IMG/VR virus record: IMGVR_UViG_3300031953_000003
Span: 24,790 to 88,789 of that record
DNA length: 64,000 nt
Direction: 5' to 3' (one strand)
Origin: a virus
Taxonomy: Duplodnaviria; Caudoviricetes
Position 1 is the stretch's first letter. Each line of letters starts with the position of its first letter. The position numbers and the translations under genes were made by a program. Under the pieces are notes generated by a model. That model was given only the letters and a program-made list of their open reading frames with translations, was not told the DNA's origin and searched no databases. Positions 8,267 to 18,533 of this stretch are shown here, piece after piece.

Positions 8267-8575
8267 ATGAAAACACCATATACTATAAAAGGAAAAATAA
8301 TTTTAGCTAGTAATAATATAGAAGAAGCATTATTAGAAGAAGCTAGTATTACTACTTTATACCATACTGATAAAGTATGTTGTTTAGAATACTGTTTAAA
8401 TGGTACGAGAACTGTTTATGCTTATACGATAGATAACCTTAAAAAAAATAGTACTAGTAGATTACATGAAATTAGTGTAGATTTAGCTAAACGGTTATTA
8501 AAAACAAGAGTTCTTAAAATGATTGCAGACGATAATCAAGAAATTATTTCTAATTACATTAAAAAAACCTTTTAA
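8267..8575 (+). CDS. Hypothetical protein, paralog of 7919..8263
   Basis: Aligns over its full length with the upstream ORF. Confidence 0.7.
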   Translation: MKTPYTIKGKIILASNNIEEALLEEASITTLYHTDKVCCLEYCLNGTRTVYAYTIDNLKKNSTSRLHEISVDLAKRLLKTRVLKMIADDNQEIISNYIKKTF

Positions 8576-8599
8576 AATCATTACCTAAAACACAAAATT

Positions 8600-9943
8600 A
8601 TGACGAATACAGAAGGACAGGACAAGGCTCTTGACAATATGGTAAAATGGTTCAATCGCCCAATAACAAACGATCTGGACTTACTGTACACGCTCAATGG
8701 GCCTGCTGGATCAGGTAAAACTACCATCGTAAAACAATTTATTGAAGCAATAGGTAAAAATAGAGTTGTAGTTACAGCACCTACACATCAAGCAAAAAGA
8801 GTTATAAATGAAGCTACAGGTTTTCCTGCGGAAACTACTCAAAAGTTACTAGGATTGAAACCTGATGTTAATATGGATAACTTTAATCCTAATCTACCTA
8901 TATTTGCTCCTATATCAGAAGATATGCTCAAATATTATAAAATAGCGATAGTAGATGAGAGTAGTATGATTAATAAAGCTGCATTTACACTTCTTAAAGC
9001 TAAAGCAAAAAAATATAATGTACGTATATTGTATTTAGGTGATGAATATCAATTACCACCAGTTAATGAAAAGATTAGTTTAGTATTCAGTAGTGCTACT
9101 AATATTAGTACTCTTACTGAAATAGTAAGACAAGCAGAACATAATCCTATGACTAGGATATTAAAAATGCTTAGAGTAGATATACAATATAATACTAACA
9201 ATGGTGTAAAAGAGATGGTTAAATCTTTTTCTAATGTAGAAGGTACAGAAGGTTTTAAATGCAGCTTAAAAAATGATTTTGCACTAGATATGCTTAATCT
9301 ATATCGTAGTACTGAATTTAAATATAATCCAGATCACATACGTTTTCTTTCTTATACCAATAGAAATGTAGAATTATGGTCAGAAGGATTACGTAGAGGT
9401 TTGCTTAAAGAAGAAGCTACTAAACAAGTTACTAACGATGAATATCTTATAGGATATAAAACTATTACCGATGAAAACAATGACATAGTATTAGAGAATG
9501 GAGAAACATATCAAATAGTAAATATTCAATATGGAGAATCTCCACAACATATACCAGGTTATTTTGTTAAACTAGCTCTAGCTAATGGTTCTACTAATGT
9601 AGTATTTATAGTAGATAATAACCACATGGATAAATTTCAAGAACAGTACATGAAGGTATTAACTGCTGCTAAAGTTCGTAGTATTCCTTGGAAGAAGTAT
9701 TACGCATTTAAGAACTTTCATTTAATAATGAAGGATTTAGAAATACCGGGAGAAAGACCTTGTAAAAAAGATTTATATTATTCTTATGGTAGTACAATAC
9801 ATAAATCACAAGGTGCAACATTTACTAATGTAGCTTTAAATCTAAGTAATGCTTATATTAATCCTGATATTTCTGTTAGAAATAGATTAATATATGTAGC
9901 TCTTAGTAGATCAACTGATATTAATTTAATACTTGTAAAATGA
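8600..9943 (+). CDS. SF1B (Dda/RecD-like) DNA helicase
   Basis: GPAGSGKT, TAPTHQA, IVDESSM, GDEYQLPPV, TIHKSQG, YVALSR. Confidence 0.92.
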   Translation: MTNTEGQDKALDNMVKWFNRPITNDLDLLYTLNGPAGSGKTTIVKQFIEAIGKNRVVVTAPTHQAKRVINEATGFPAETTQKLLGLKPDVNMDNFNPNLPIFAPISEDMLKYYKIAIVDESSMINKAAFTLLKAKAKKYNVRILYLGDEYQLPPVNEKISLVFSSATNISTLTEIVRQAEHNPMTRILKMLRVDIQYNTNNGVKEMVKSFSNVEGTEGFKCSLKNDFALDMLNLYRSTEFKYNPDHIRFLSYTNRNVELWSEGLRRGLLKEEATKQVTNDEYLIGYKTITDENNDIVLENGETYQIVNIQYGESPQHIPGYFVKLALANGSTNVVFIVDNNHMDKFQEQYMKVLTAAKVRSIPWKKYYAFKNFHLIMKDLEIPGERPCKKDLYYSYGSTIHKSQGATFTNVALNLSNAYINPDISVRNRLIYVALSRSTDINLILVK

Positions 9944-10122
9944 AATATCAAATAAAATTAACTTATACATTAGATAAAAATCCTTTTCTTTATACATATA
10001 TAAAGATTGTAAAAGAAAGAGATGCTTTAGCTGCTGTAGAAAAAGTAGATTTAGAACTTCAATTTGAATCTCTTGTGATAGGAGAAATATTTATACAATC
10101 TATTAAAGCCGATAATATATGA
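9940..10122 (+). CDS. Small hypothetical protein
   Basis: 60 aa, ATGA-coupled. Confidence 0.6.
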   Translation: MKYQIKLTYTLDKNPFLYTYIKIVKERDALAAVEKVDLELQFESLVIGEIFIQSIKADNI

Positions 10123-10451
10123 AAGATATGTTTACAGGTTACTTTTTTGCTTTTATGATTCTTATAAGTTCTTTTGTTCTTGATTATGATGATTTAATAT
10201 TTTTATTTATTTTAATAGCTACAGTAATTCCTTTTTCTAGTAAAAGAAAAAATAATAATAAAGAGAATCTTAAAGATTTTAAAATTAGTGTATTATATAG
10301 ACCTAAAACTTCTGTAACTGTTTCTTCTTATTACTATAATATTAAAGTAAAAAATTATGTTGAAGCTTGTAAATATTTAGAATCTAATATAATTCCTTTG
10401 TTATTAAGTAAAAATTTTGATATAAGAACTATTGAAATAAAAGAGATATGA
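10119..10451 (+). CDS. Hypothetical membrane-anchored protein
   Basis: 110 aa, hydrophobic N-terminus. Confidence 0.6.
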   Translation: MKDMFTGYFFAFMILISSFVLDYDDLIFLFILIATVIPFSSKRKNNNKENLKDFKISVLYRPKTSVTVSSYYYNIKVKNYVEACKYLESNIIPLLLSKNFDIRTIEIKEI

Positions 10452-10759
10452 TAGATATATTTTCCTTAATAAGTAAAAACACTAGAGCTTTTGAAGATTT
10501 TAGAAAGTGGTTATTTGTTGAACTAAAAAACAATAAACAAACTTTTACTAATTATGGAAAGTACCCTACTTCTTTGAAATTACCTTTACTTATTAAATAT
10601 TTAGAAAGTAAAGATATACCTATAGTTGAATCTATTGTATATCATGATCTTGTTAGTAGTAATAATGCTAGTAGTTTTGAACAATTACTAGCTTTTACTG
10701 TTAAATGTGAATTTGAAGCCTTAGAAAAAAACGAAACAATTAATTATATACCTTTTTAA
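10448..10759 (+). CDS. Hypothetical protein
   Basis: 103 aa, ATGA-coupled. Confidence 0.7.
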   Translation: MIDIFSLISKNTRAFEDFRKWLFVELKNNKQTFTNYGKYPTSLKLPLLIKYLESKDIPIVESIVYHDLVSSNNASSFEQLLAFTVKCEFEALEKNETINYIPF

Positions 10760-10761
10760 TT

Positions 10762-11541
10762 ATGAATATAAATAGAATAGTATATGATGAAACTAATCTT
10801 AAAAAATTAATATTTAGTATGTCAAAAATAAAATTTAGACCTATGAAAAAATACGAACTAATAAAAGAATATCCTGCTAGTCCTAAACTTGGTACTGTTG
10901 TAACAAAAAATGGTGATAATTATATTACTGATGTTAATACTCCTTTTAATATGTTTACAATAGAGCTTAATCCAGAATTTTGGCAATTAATGGAATATGA
11001 GATATTAAATTTTAAATATAATGATCAAATAGAAAAGCCTTCATTTTTTAAAAAAGGATTTAAAGGAGATAGCGAATGGGTTATCAACTCTGTTAAAAGA
11101 TTAATTGATAATCAAATAATTACTCTAGGTAATTATCATGGTGGATGTGGTGGAGAAAAAATAATAGCTATTGTAATAGATAAAAGTTTTACAGGAGGTA
11201 TTAAAATTGTTTTAGATGAAGCGAGCATATCTTTATACGCTGCTCACATTATAGAAAAAAAATCTATAGGTACTACAGGAGATGGTCACCCTATTTATAA
11301 AGGGGATGATTTATTTGTTGTCATGAATAATGAAGTAGTTGGTCTTATAGTTCATACAGCTGATAGTGATTCTTCTATTATTAATTTTGCTACTTGTTTT
11401 AAAGATAAAGGAGAAGCTAAAAAATATTTATTACGTAATGCTAAGGTACTTTCTATTGAAGATGTAGCTGATATATTTTATAAAGACAGTTATTATCATT
11501 TACATGACGCTCTTAAAGCTTTAGTTAAATCTAGATTATGA
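10762..11541 (+). CDS. Hypothetical phage protein
   Basis: 259 aa; KKYELIKEYPASPKLG motif; start may be downstream. Confidence 0.7.
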   Translation: MNINRIVYDETNLKKLIFSMSKIKFRPMKKYELIKEYPASPKLGTVVTKNGDNYITDVNTPFNMFTIELNPEFWQLMEYEILNFKYNDQIEKPSFFKKGFKGDSEWVINSVKRLIDNQIITLGNYHGGCGGEKIIAIVIDKSFTGGIKIVLDEASISLYAAHIIEKKSIGTTGDGHPIYKGDDLFVVMNNEVVGLIVHTADSDSSIINFATCFKDKGEAKKYLLRNAKVLSIEDVADIFYKDSYYHLHDALKALVKSRL

Positions 11542-14015
11542 TCTATTTTGTAACTAATAATAAGGAGTTATTTAATCATTATCAGGTAAAACTGTATAAT
11601 GATATAACTCCTTTATTTGATAATGAAGATACTTATCAAATATACAGAAACTGGATACTAGAAAGATATACTAGAGAAGATTTAGAAGATGTAATTGCAG
11701 TAGATTTTGAAACTAATGGTCTTGATGCTTATTATAATAAAACTGTACTTTCTACTGTATCTGATCCTAATGATTCTTTTGTGTTTCATTGTGCATTTTC
11801 AGAAGAAACTAAGTATTTTAAACTGCTATTAGACAAAGAATTTACATTGCTGGGGCAGAATATCAAATTTGATTTAAAGTTCTTCAAAACGAAGCATAAC
11901 CTATATTTTAGGAAGGTATATGATACTATGATAGCCGAACAACGTCTATTTCAAAAGTTAGATACTAGCAAAGGATTGGAAGCACTAGCACAAAAATATT
12001 GTGATGTATATCCAGATCAAATGGATAAATCTATTAGAAATGAGTTCATAGGTTGTAATCCTAAAACATTTAAAGTATTACCTAGACATATTTATTATGT
12101 TGCAGGTGATGGTACTACTTTATTTCCTATTAGGGAAAAACAAATGAAGCTTATAGATAGAGCTAATATGAATTTTCTTATTTATGATATAGAGTTTCCT
12201 TTATTATCTATTGTAGTTAAAGCAGAACTTACAGGTTTTCCTTTTGATGTAGATAAATGGATGGCTATCTATGATACTAACTTAGAACTAAAACATGAGG
12301 TAGAGCTTAAACTAGATAAAGAATTTTTAAAATTAAGAGATGAGGTTTGTCATTTACTAGAAGATCAATTAATTTATATTAAAGGTGGTAAATGGGATAA
12401 CCCTAGAAAAGTAAGTGAAGCATCTAAAATGTTTAATAGTGATGGTACTACCAATATATTAGATTTGTTTGGGGAACCAATGAAAACTAATACATACTTA
12501 GGTAGTAAAGCTAAGAATCCTGTTAAGATTAAAAAGAATATTAATAATATTAATTATGGTAGTGATACTCAAATTGTAGAGATATTTGGTAGATTAAAAC
12601 AACCACTCTTTAATAGTACAGGGAAATTAACTATACCAAAATTTAACAAAAATGGTAAGATAAATAGACTTAAAGGTAATTACAAAACAGGAGAACCTGA
12701 ATTGCAAGAGTATCTTAGTACAATTCCCGGTACAATAATGAGGGATTTTATAATGTTGCTTTTAGAACATCGTGCTTTATCTACTGCTTGTAATAACTTT
12801 GGTAATAAATTTAAAGACAAAGTTAATAAAATTACTGGTAATATACATACTATATTTAGAACTTGTTCTACAGCTACAGCAAGATATAGTTCTGGTGATA
12901 AGAAACAAGCTGATAAATACAATGCACAAAATATACCTAGTAAAGCTAGTTATGCAGTTAGAATGAGAAATTGTTTTATGGCTAAAAAAGGTCATAGTAT
13001 GATTACTTCTGATTTAAGTGGTGCTGAACTTATTATTATGTGTTCTTTGTCACAAGACTTAAAGTTATTAGAAATAGCTACTGATGATATGCATAGCTAT
13101 ATTGCTACTAAAGCTTGGCAACTTATTTATAGGTTAAGAGGACATAAACTTATAGCTTATCATGAAAGTTTAAGAGCTATACATGGTAAACAATATACTG
13201 ATAAAAGAATAGTAGATAAGATTAATCAATTTATTAAACTATCTATAGATTTTATTGTTAGTAAAATAGAAAATAAAAAATTAAGAGTAGATATTAAGCC
13301 TGTAGGGTTTGGTGTTATTTATGGTGCTTATCCTAAAAAAATTGCTAGTGTATTAAATATTAGTGTAGAAGAAGCTGGATTAGTTATTAAAATGATTGAA
13401 GATGAATTTCCACAAGTAATTGCTATGGTTAAACAAGCTATGGTAAATGCTACTAGAGATGGTTATCTTATTCTTAATACTAGAACTAATAGTAGGGCAT
13501 GGTTTCCTAATCTTATCGCATTAAAAAATAATGAAATTAATGAACGTACTCACTTTGGTCTTATAAGTAAAGAAAAAAGTGAAGCTAGAAATATTCGTAT
13601 TCAAGGTACACAAGCTGATATGATTAAAGAATGTACAGTAGAATTACAAAATTGGATAGATAGTAGTGGTCATAATACATTTGAATGTGTATATGATGAA
13701 ATATCTAAAAATTATGTACCTATTATCAATAACGATATTACTATGCTATCATGGGTGCACGATGAAATTGTAACTGATCTACCTGATTATCTTGATGGAA
13801 GAAGTGCTAATTGGAGTGCTAGAAGACAGAATTACCCTTATTCTCCTATTATAAAAGAAGTACAACTTAAATATGTAAACAAAGATTCTTCTGTAAATGT
13901 GTTTAATAGTTATAAATTATTAAAAGAGCATATAATGATGAATGTATGTAACAGATATTTAGAGAATGTACAAATGGGAGTAGAATCTAACATTGAACCT
14001 TATTGGACGAAATAA
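11538..14015 (+). CDS. polA: Family A DNA polymerase with 3'-5' exonuclease
   Basis: ExoI DFETNG, ExoII NIKFD, ExoIII YVAGD; motif A DLSGAEL, motif B RVDIKPVGFGVIYG, motif C WVHDE. Confidence 0.95.
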   Translation: MIYFVTNNKELFNHYQVKLYNDITPLFDNEDTYQIYRNWILERYTREDLEDVIAVDFETNGLDAYYNKTVLSTVSDPNDSFVFHCAFSEETKYFKLLLDKEFTLLGQNIKFDLKFFKTKHNLYFRKVYDTMIAEQRLFQKLDTSKGLEALAQKYCDVYPDQMDKSIRNEFIGCNPKTFKVLPRHIYYVAGDGTTLFPIREKQMKLIDRANMNFLIYDIEFPLLSIVVKAELTGFPFDVDKWMAIYDTNLELKHEVELKLDKEFLKLRDEVCHLLEDQLIYIKGGKWDNPRKVSEASKMFNSDGTTNILDLFGEPMKTNTYLGSKAKNPVKIKKNINNINYGSDTQIVEIFGRLKQPLFNSTGKLTIPKFNKNGKINRLKGNYKTGEPELQEYLSTIPGTIMRDFIMLLLEHRALSTACNNFGNKFKDKVNKITGNIHTIFRTCSTATARYSSGDKKQADKYNAQNIPSKASYAVRMRNCFMAKKGHSMITSDLSGAELIIMCSLSQDLKLLEIATDDMHSYIATKAWQLIYRLRGHKLIAYHESLRAIHGKQYTDKRIVDKINQFIKLSIDFIVSKIENKKLRVDIKPVGFGVIYGAYPKKIASVLNISVEEAGLVIKMIEDEFPQVIAMVKQAMVNATRDGYLILNTRTNSRAWFPNLIALKNNEINERTHFGLISKEKSEARNIRIQGTQADMIKECTVELQNWIDSSGHNTFECVYDEISKNYVPIINNDITMLSWVHDEIVTDLPDYLDGRSANWSARRQNYPYSPIIKEVQLKYVNKDSSVNVFNSYKLLKEHIMMNVCNRYLENVQMGVESNIEPYWTK

Positions 14016-14027
14016 ATAAAATATGAA

Positions 14028-14321
14028 ATGAAAATAAAACAATTAAACAAAACAGAAAATGTACCTAAAGATTTAGATGCTTATCCTCTTGCACCAGAAG
14101 TATGTTATAAAACTCTATTTGATGAAGGTGATACTGTAATCTTATTAACTAAATCTAGTAAATATTCTAGTGATTTAAGAAATATAGTAGGTAAAACACT
14201 TACTGTACGATCCTCTAAATTTACAGATTTAGGGGAAGGTATTGTAGAAGAAATAATGTATTTAAAGCAAACTAATGGAGTTAAAAATCCTTATCTTGCT
14301 AAACATTTTAAAAAAATATAA
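14028..14321 (+). CDS. Hypothetical protein
   Basis: 97-aa ORF. Confidence 0.65.
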   Translation: MKIKQLNKTENVPKDLDAYPLAPEVCYKTLFDEGDTVILLTKSSKYSSDLRNIVGKTLTVRSSKFTDLGEGIVEEIMYLKQTNGVKNPYLAKHFKKI

Positions 14322-14545
14322 TGGATATATTATTTATTACTTTTGGACAAGAACACGTACATAATATAAACGGTGTTGTATTTGATAAAGATTGTGTAGG
14401 TGTGATACATTGTAACAATTATAGTCATGGAAGAGAAATAGCTTTTGAGAATTTTGGAGATAAATTTGCTACTACTTATTCAGAAGATAAAGTAGATAAT
14501 GATTTTATGAGACGTTTTGATAGAGGTATAATAGAAGTTAATTAA
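14321..14545 (+). CDS. Small phage protein (TFG..H pattern)
   Basis: 74 aa, FITFGQEHVH. Confidence 0.7.
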   Translation: MDILFITFGQEHVHNINGVVFDKDCVGVIHCNNYSHGREIAFENFGDKFATTYSEDKVDNDFMRRFDRGIIEVN

Positions 14546-14555
14546 AAATAAAATT

Positions 14556-14828
14556 ATGAAAATAATATATAAATACCCTATTAATACTTTAGGTTATACT
14601 GCTATTACATTACCTATAAACTATAAAATTTTAAAAATAGCAGAACAAAGGCAATCTATTAATTTATGGGCAGAAATAGATACTGATCAAACAGAATTTA
14701 GTTCCGTAGGTTTACTTATAGTGGGTACAGGTCACGAATTTGAACTACCTAGTAGTGCAGAGTATTTAGATACTGTATTTATTGCACAAGGTAATTTAGT
14801 ATATCATATTTATAAAATAACAAACTAA
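14556..14828 (+). CDS. Small phage protein (IYKYP/LWAE/GTGH pattern)
   Basis: 90 aa with a motif pattern recalled from widespread phage hypotheticals. Confidence 0.7.
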   Translation: MKIIYKYPINTLGYTAITLPINYKILKIAEQRQSINLWAEIDTDQTEFSSVGLLIVGTGHEFELPSSAEYLDTVFIAQGNLVYHIYKITN

Positions 14829-15166
14829 TGGGTTGGGATGCATTTACATTAAAAGAAGAGAAATCAAAAGAAGCTGATATTGAATTTAAAGAAACTGCTA
14901 GTACTGTATCTGCTTTGTATGGTACAGTAGATGGTTTCTTTCCTATAGGAGGACTTGATGTTTCTATTTGTGCTGAAATGTTACAAAAAGCTACTGGTAG
15001 ATCAGTATATGTTCCTATGTGGACTAAAGAAGAGATACAAGAATATGCTGCTAAAGCTAATTGGAATTTTTCTGTAAAAGAAGAAAATTTATGGGCGTAT
15101 TATAATGCTAGATATTTTTTAGATATATGCGTTAAATATAAACTTAGTATTCATTTTAGTTATTAA
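14828..15166 (+). CDS. Hypothetical protein
   Basis: 112 aa, TAATG-coupled. Confidence 0.7.
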   Translation: MGWDAFTLKEEKSKEADIEFKETASTVSALYGTVDGFFPIGGLDVSICAEMLQKATGRSVYVPMWTKEEIQEYAAKANWNFSVKEENLWAYYNARYFLDICVKYKLSIHFSY

Positions 15167-15168
15167 TT

Positions 15169-16599
15169 ATGCAAATAGATAAGAAGAAACTAGAAAGACA
15201 ACAAGAAGGTGTTGATAAATGGTTTGATAGTGGTAATAATAATGAAGGTATGTCCGGAGTATTGGATTGGTACACAGGTGTAGGTAAAACATTTGCATCT
15301 ATACTTGTTATTAAAAGACTTTTTAGATTATTTAATAATCATTCTATTGTTATTCTAGTTCCTTCTGAAACTCTATATGTACAATGGAATAAAGTATTAA
15401 GTGAAAATTTTACTAAAAAAGAACTTATAACTATATCAGTATTTACACCTAATCAAATTGTAACTAACAAGATTAAAATTAATACAGATACTGTAATAGT
15501 AGATGAACTTCATGATTTTTATAGTACAGAGTATGTTAAAACTATAGATGGTACTTATATTAGATATAAGAATAATCTTGGTCTTACTGCTACGTATGAA
15601 GATTTTCGTAAACGTCATTTAGCTATTACAAGTAAATTCCCTGTAATAGATACTATAGGAGAAGGGGAAGCAGTTAAAAGTGGTTTTATTAGTAGATTTG
15701 TAGAATTTAATCTTAATGTAAAACTTAGTAAAGAAGAAAGAATACAATATGATGTTTATAGTGAAGTTATAACTGATAACCTTAATAAATTTGGTAATAA
15801 TAATCAGTTAGAACTAGCTAGTAAATGTTTATCAGGTGGTCAACATAGTAATGGTAAGCATTATGAAGCTAAACAATTTGTAATGGGTTGGGCAGCTAGT
15901 AAAGGTTGGAATAAGAATTTAGATTTTAGTTTAGAAACTAATAAAGAAATAAACGCTTTATGGAATCCTAATCTAATATTTGGATATGCTAAAAATCTAA
16001 TGACTGCTGTACGTAAAAGAAAAGATTTACTTTATCATTGTAGTAATAAATCAAAAATATGTTCTGATATTATATTTAAATTTCCAGAACTAAAAGCTAT
16101 AGTATTTAGTGAATCTACGTCTTATGCAGATAAACTTAATAAAGAACTTAATGAAAAAGAAGATGGTATTAGTGTTGTTTATCATTCACAATTAGATACT
16201 ATATATGCTCCTAGTCCTGATACTGGTAAACTTATAAAGTTTGGTAGTGTTAGATTAAAACGTAAAGCTATGCAGGATATAACTACCGGTAAAGCAAGAG
16301 CATTATGTGTAGCTTCTAGTGTAGATAAAGGATTAGATATTCCTTCATTAAAATTAGGTATTACAGCTAGTGGTAAAAGTAACTTTACCCAGTATAAACA
16401 GAGGGGAGGGCGTGTAAAGCGAGTATTTAATGATAAAGTGGCTCTATTGGTTAATCTATATATTAGAGGAACTAGAGAAGAAGCATGGTTAAAAAGTAGA
16501 CAATCTAAATCTACCCATAGAATATACTGGGTAGATTCAATAGATGAAATATCATTTACACCTTCTAATAAAAGAAAAATTAAATTAAATATTATTTAA
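15169..16599 (+). CDS. SF2 (UvsW/ERCC3-like) helicase
   Basis: TGVGKT, VDELH, GLTAT, DKGLDIP, QRGGRVKR. Confidence 0.9.
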   Translation: MQIDKKKLERQQEGVDKWFDSGNNNEGMSGVLDWYTGVGKTFASILVIKRLFRLFNNHSIVILVPSETLYVQWNKVLSENFTKKELITISVFTPNQIVTNKIKINTDTVIVDELHDFYSTEYVKTIDGTYIRYKNNLGLTATYEDFRKRHLAITSKFPVIDTIGEGEAVKSGFISRFVEFNLNVKLSKEERIQYDVYSEVITDNLNKFGNNNQLELASKCLSGGQHSNGKHYEAKQFVMGWAASKGWNKNLDFSLETNKEINALWNPNLIFGYAKNLMTAVRKRKDLLYHCSNKSKICSDIIFKFPELKAIVFSESTSYADKLNKELNEKEDGISVVYHSQLDTIYAPSPDTGKLIKFGSVRLKRKAMQDITTGKARALCVASSVDKGLDIPSLKLGITASGKSNFTQYKQRGGRVKRVFNDKVALLVNLYIRGTREEAWLKSRQSKSTHRIYWVDSIDEISFTPSNKRKIKLNII

Positions 16600-16601
16600 G
16601 T

Positions 16602-16799
16602 ATGGATGAAGCTGATAAAGTAGATAATTTTACAGGTAGAACTTTTACGTTAAAGTTTAGTTCAGACTGGAAAGATGATACAGACCCTTTAAGGAAACGT
16701 ATTAAAGTATTAGAAAAACCAAAGTTAACTTTAATAAATAAAATAAAAAAACGTTTAGGTCTTAATTATGCTTATACGTATAAATGTGAGATATTATGA
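16602..16799 (+). CDS. Small hypothetical protein
   Basis: 65-aa ORF. Confidence 0.55.
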   Translation: MDEADKVDNFTGRTFTLKFSSDWKDDTDPLRKRIKVLEKPKLTLINKIKKRLGLNYAYTYKCEIL

Positions 16800-17353
16800 T
16801 AGCAGTAGATGAATATGTAAATTTTATAGTGGATAATAACCTTACACAAGAACAGGTATTATTATTACATCTACTTTATTATGATAGAGCAGATTTAATA
16901 ATAAAATATAAAAAGAAATACCCTACAGAAGAAGGTGCTATGATAAGCAGTTATTTATTAAATGATTTAGTATATAAGGGTTTTATAATAAAATCTAAAA
17001 ATTCTTTATCTATTGGAGATGAGTTTTTAAAAATTTTTGTAGATGGTACTAAAGCAACAGAACAAATATTTAATGTTTATCCTTCTTTTGTAACTAGTGA
17101 TACAGGTGTACAAATACCTATGAAATCTATGGATAGAAATCTGTTTGAACAGATATATATACCTAAGATATTAGGTAGTACTAAAGAACATGATGAAATA
17201 ATTAAAGATATAAAATATGGTATAGAAAATGATCTATTAAGAATGGGTATTAATAAGTTTTTAACTTCTGAACATTGGAAATCTATTAGACAAGTAAGAC
17301 TAGCAGATAAAGAAGATAAAACTGTAAGTCACGGACTTTACGAAGATTTTTAA
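16796..17353 (+). CDS. Putative replisome organizer/helicase loader
   Basis: HTH-like N-terminus and IFNVYP motif directly upstream of DnaB; inferred from synteny. Confidence 0.45.
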   Translation: MIAVDEYVNFIVDNNLTQEQVLLLHLLYYDRADLIIKYKKKYPTEEGAMISSYLLNDLVYKGFIIKSKNSLSIGDEFLKIFVDGTKATEQIFNVYPSFVTSDTGVQIPMKSMDRNLFEQIYIPKILGSTKEHDEIIKDIKYGIENDLLRMGINKFLTSEHWKSIRQVRLADKEDKTVSHGLYEDF

Positions 17354-17355
17354 AT

Positions 17356-18423
17356 ATGAAAAAAGGAGTTGTATTAAAATATACTTCGCCTGCAATGGCG
17401 GTAGAGCAAGCTAAGGAAGAAATAAGAATAGAACGAATAGGAGAACAATTAGGACTTAAAACTAATTTTAATAGTCTTAATATAGCAATGTCTAAATACT
17501 TTAGATTTGCTATGGTTAATCTTTGGGCAGGTTTATCTGGTCATGGTAAATCTTATCTTCTTAATCTTATTAATAAAGCTTTTCTTGATTATAAAACTAC
17601 CCAATCACTTAATGGTGAAATTAAATTTGTACCTGTAATATTTCAGTTTTGTTTTGAAATGAGCGCAGCTAATGAAATACTTAGAAGTGTAAGTAATGAT
17701 CTAGGTGTAAATTATAATTACTTATTAAGTAGTCAATATGATAAAGAAAGTAAAGAATATAATACTTTGTCACAAGATGAAGTTGATAGAATTTACAAAG
17801 CTTTAGATTATTATAAATTACAAAGTATATTTTTCTTTGAAACTTCTACCAATCTTAATAACATTTATGCTACTATTGCTTATTATCGTTCTAAGTATGA
17901 TGAATTAAGTAAACAAAATGGTGTTGAATATAAATTTGTAGTAAACATTGATCATACTTTACTTATAGAAAAACTTGATGAAAAAGATACTATGGAACTT
18001 ATGGCTAATACTGGTAGAATAGCTATATTTCTAAAAAGAATAGGTTGTATGGTAAATCTTTTAGGTCAACTTAATAATAATATAGAGGACACTAAAAGAC
18101 TTTTAACCCCTGCACTTCAATATCCAATGAAATCGGATATTTATGCACAAGGTCAACTATTTAATGCTTGTGATAATGTATTTACGATTAATCAACCTCA
18201 ATTATTACATATTAAAGAATATGGGCCGAGTAAAGTACCTACAGCTAATTTAATGCATCTTTTAAAATTAAAGGCTAGGCATGGTAGTGTTGGTAGTATA
18301 TGGCTTAAAAACGATCTTTATAAAGGTCAAGTAAACGAAACTGATATAAACACTTTAAAAGGTAAAAATCCTGAAATCATAAACACAGATGAAGATGAAA
18401 ATGTAGATTTTAACAAAATCTAA
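17356..18423 (+). CDS. dnaB: DnaB-like replicative helicase
   Basis: Walker A GLSGHGKS, Walker B VNIDH, LGQLN, KARHG. Confidence 0.88.
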   Translation: MKKGVVLKYTSPAMAVEQAKEEIRIERIGEQLGLKTNFNSLNIAMSKYFRFAMVNLWAGLSGHGKSYLLNLINKAFLDYKTTQSLNGEIKFVPVIFQFCFEMSAANEILRSVSNDLGVNYNYLLSSQYDKESKEYNTLSQDEVDRIYKALDYYKLQSIFFFETSTNLNNIYATIAYYRSKYDELSKQNGVEYKFVVNIDHTLLIEKLDEKDTMELMANTGRIAIFLKRIGCMVNLLGQLNNNIEDTKRLLTPALQYPMKSDIYAQGQLFNACDNVFTINQPQLLHIKEYGPSKVPTANLMHLLKLKARHGSVGSIWLKNDLYKGQVNETDINTLKGKNPEIINTDEDENVDFNKI

Positions 18424-18445
18424 GTAATAAATTTAAGTAAATGTA

Positions 18446-18475
18446 TTGTAGTGTTATAATAATGACCTATATTTG
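18446..18475 (+). promoter_or_regulatory. Bacteroidota sigma70 promoter (-33 TTG, 19 nt, -7 TATATTTG)
   Basis: TTG at 18446-48 and TATATTTG at 18468-75, spaced 19 nt, upstream of ATG 18534. Confidence 0.7.
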
Positions 18476-18533
18476 TAGTGTTATTAAACACGGCAATACA
18501 TATAAATGTATAATTAATAACAAACTATTAATA

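Noticed and set aside
12680-12995. Short alternative-frame and antisense ORFs inside polA, and similar ones in other large genes
   Set aside because: Shadow ORFs of long AT-rich CDSs
18441-18533. Longer N-terminus for the RecT-like gene
   Set aside because: It overlaps a consensus promoter; ATG 18534 is preferred
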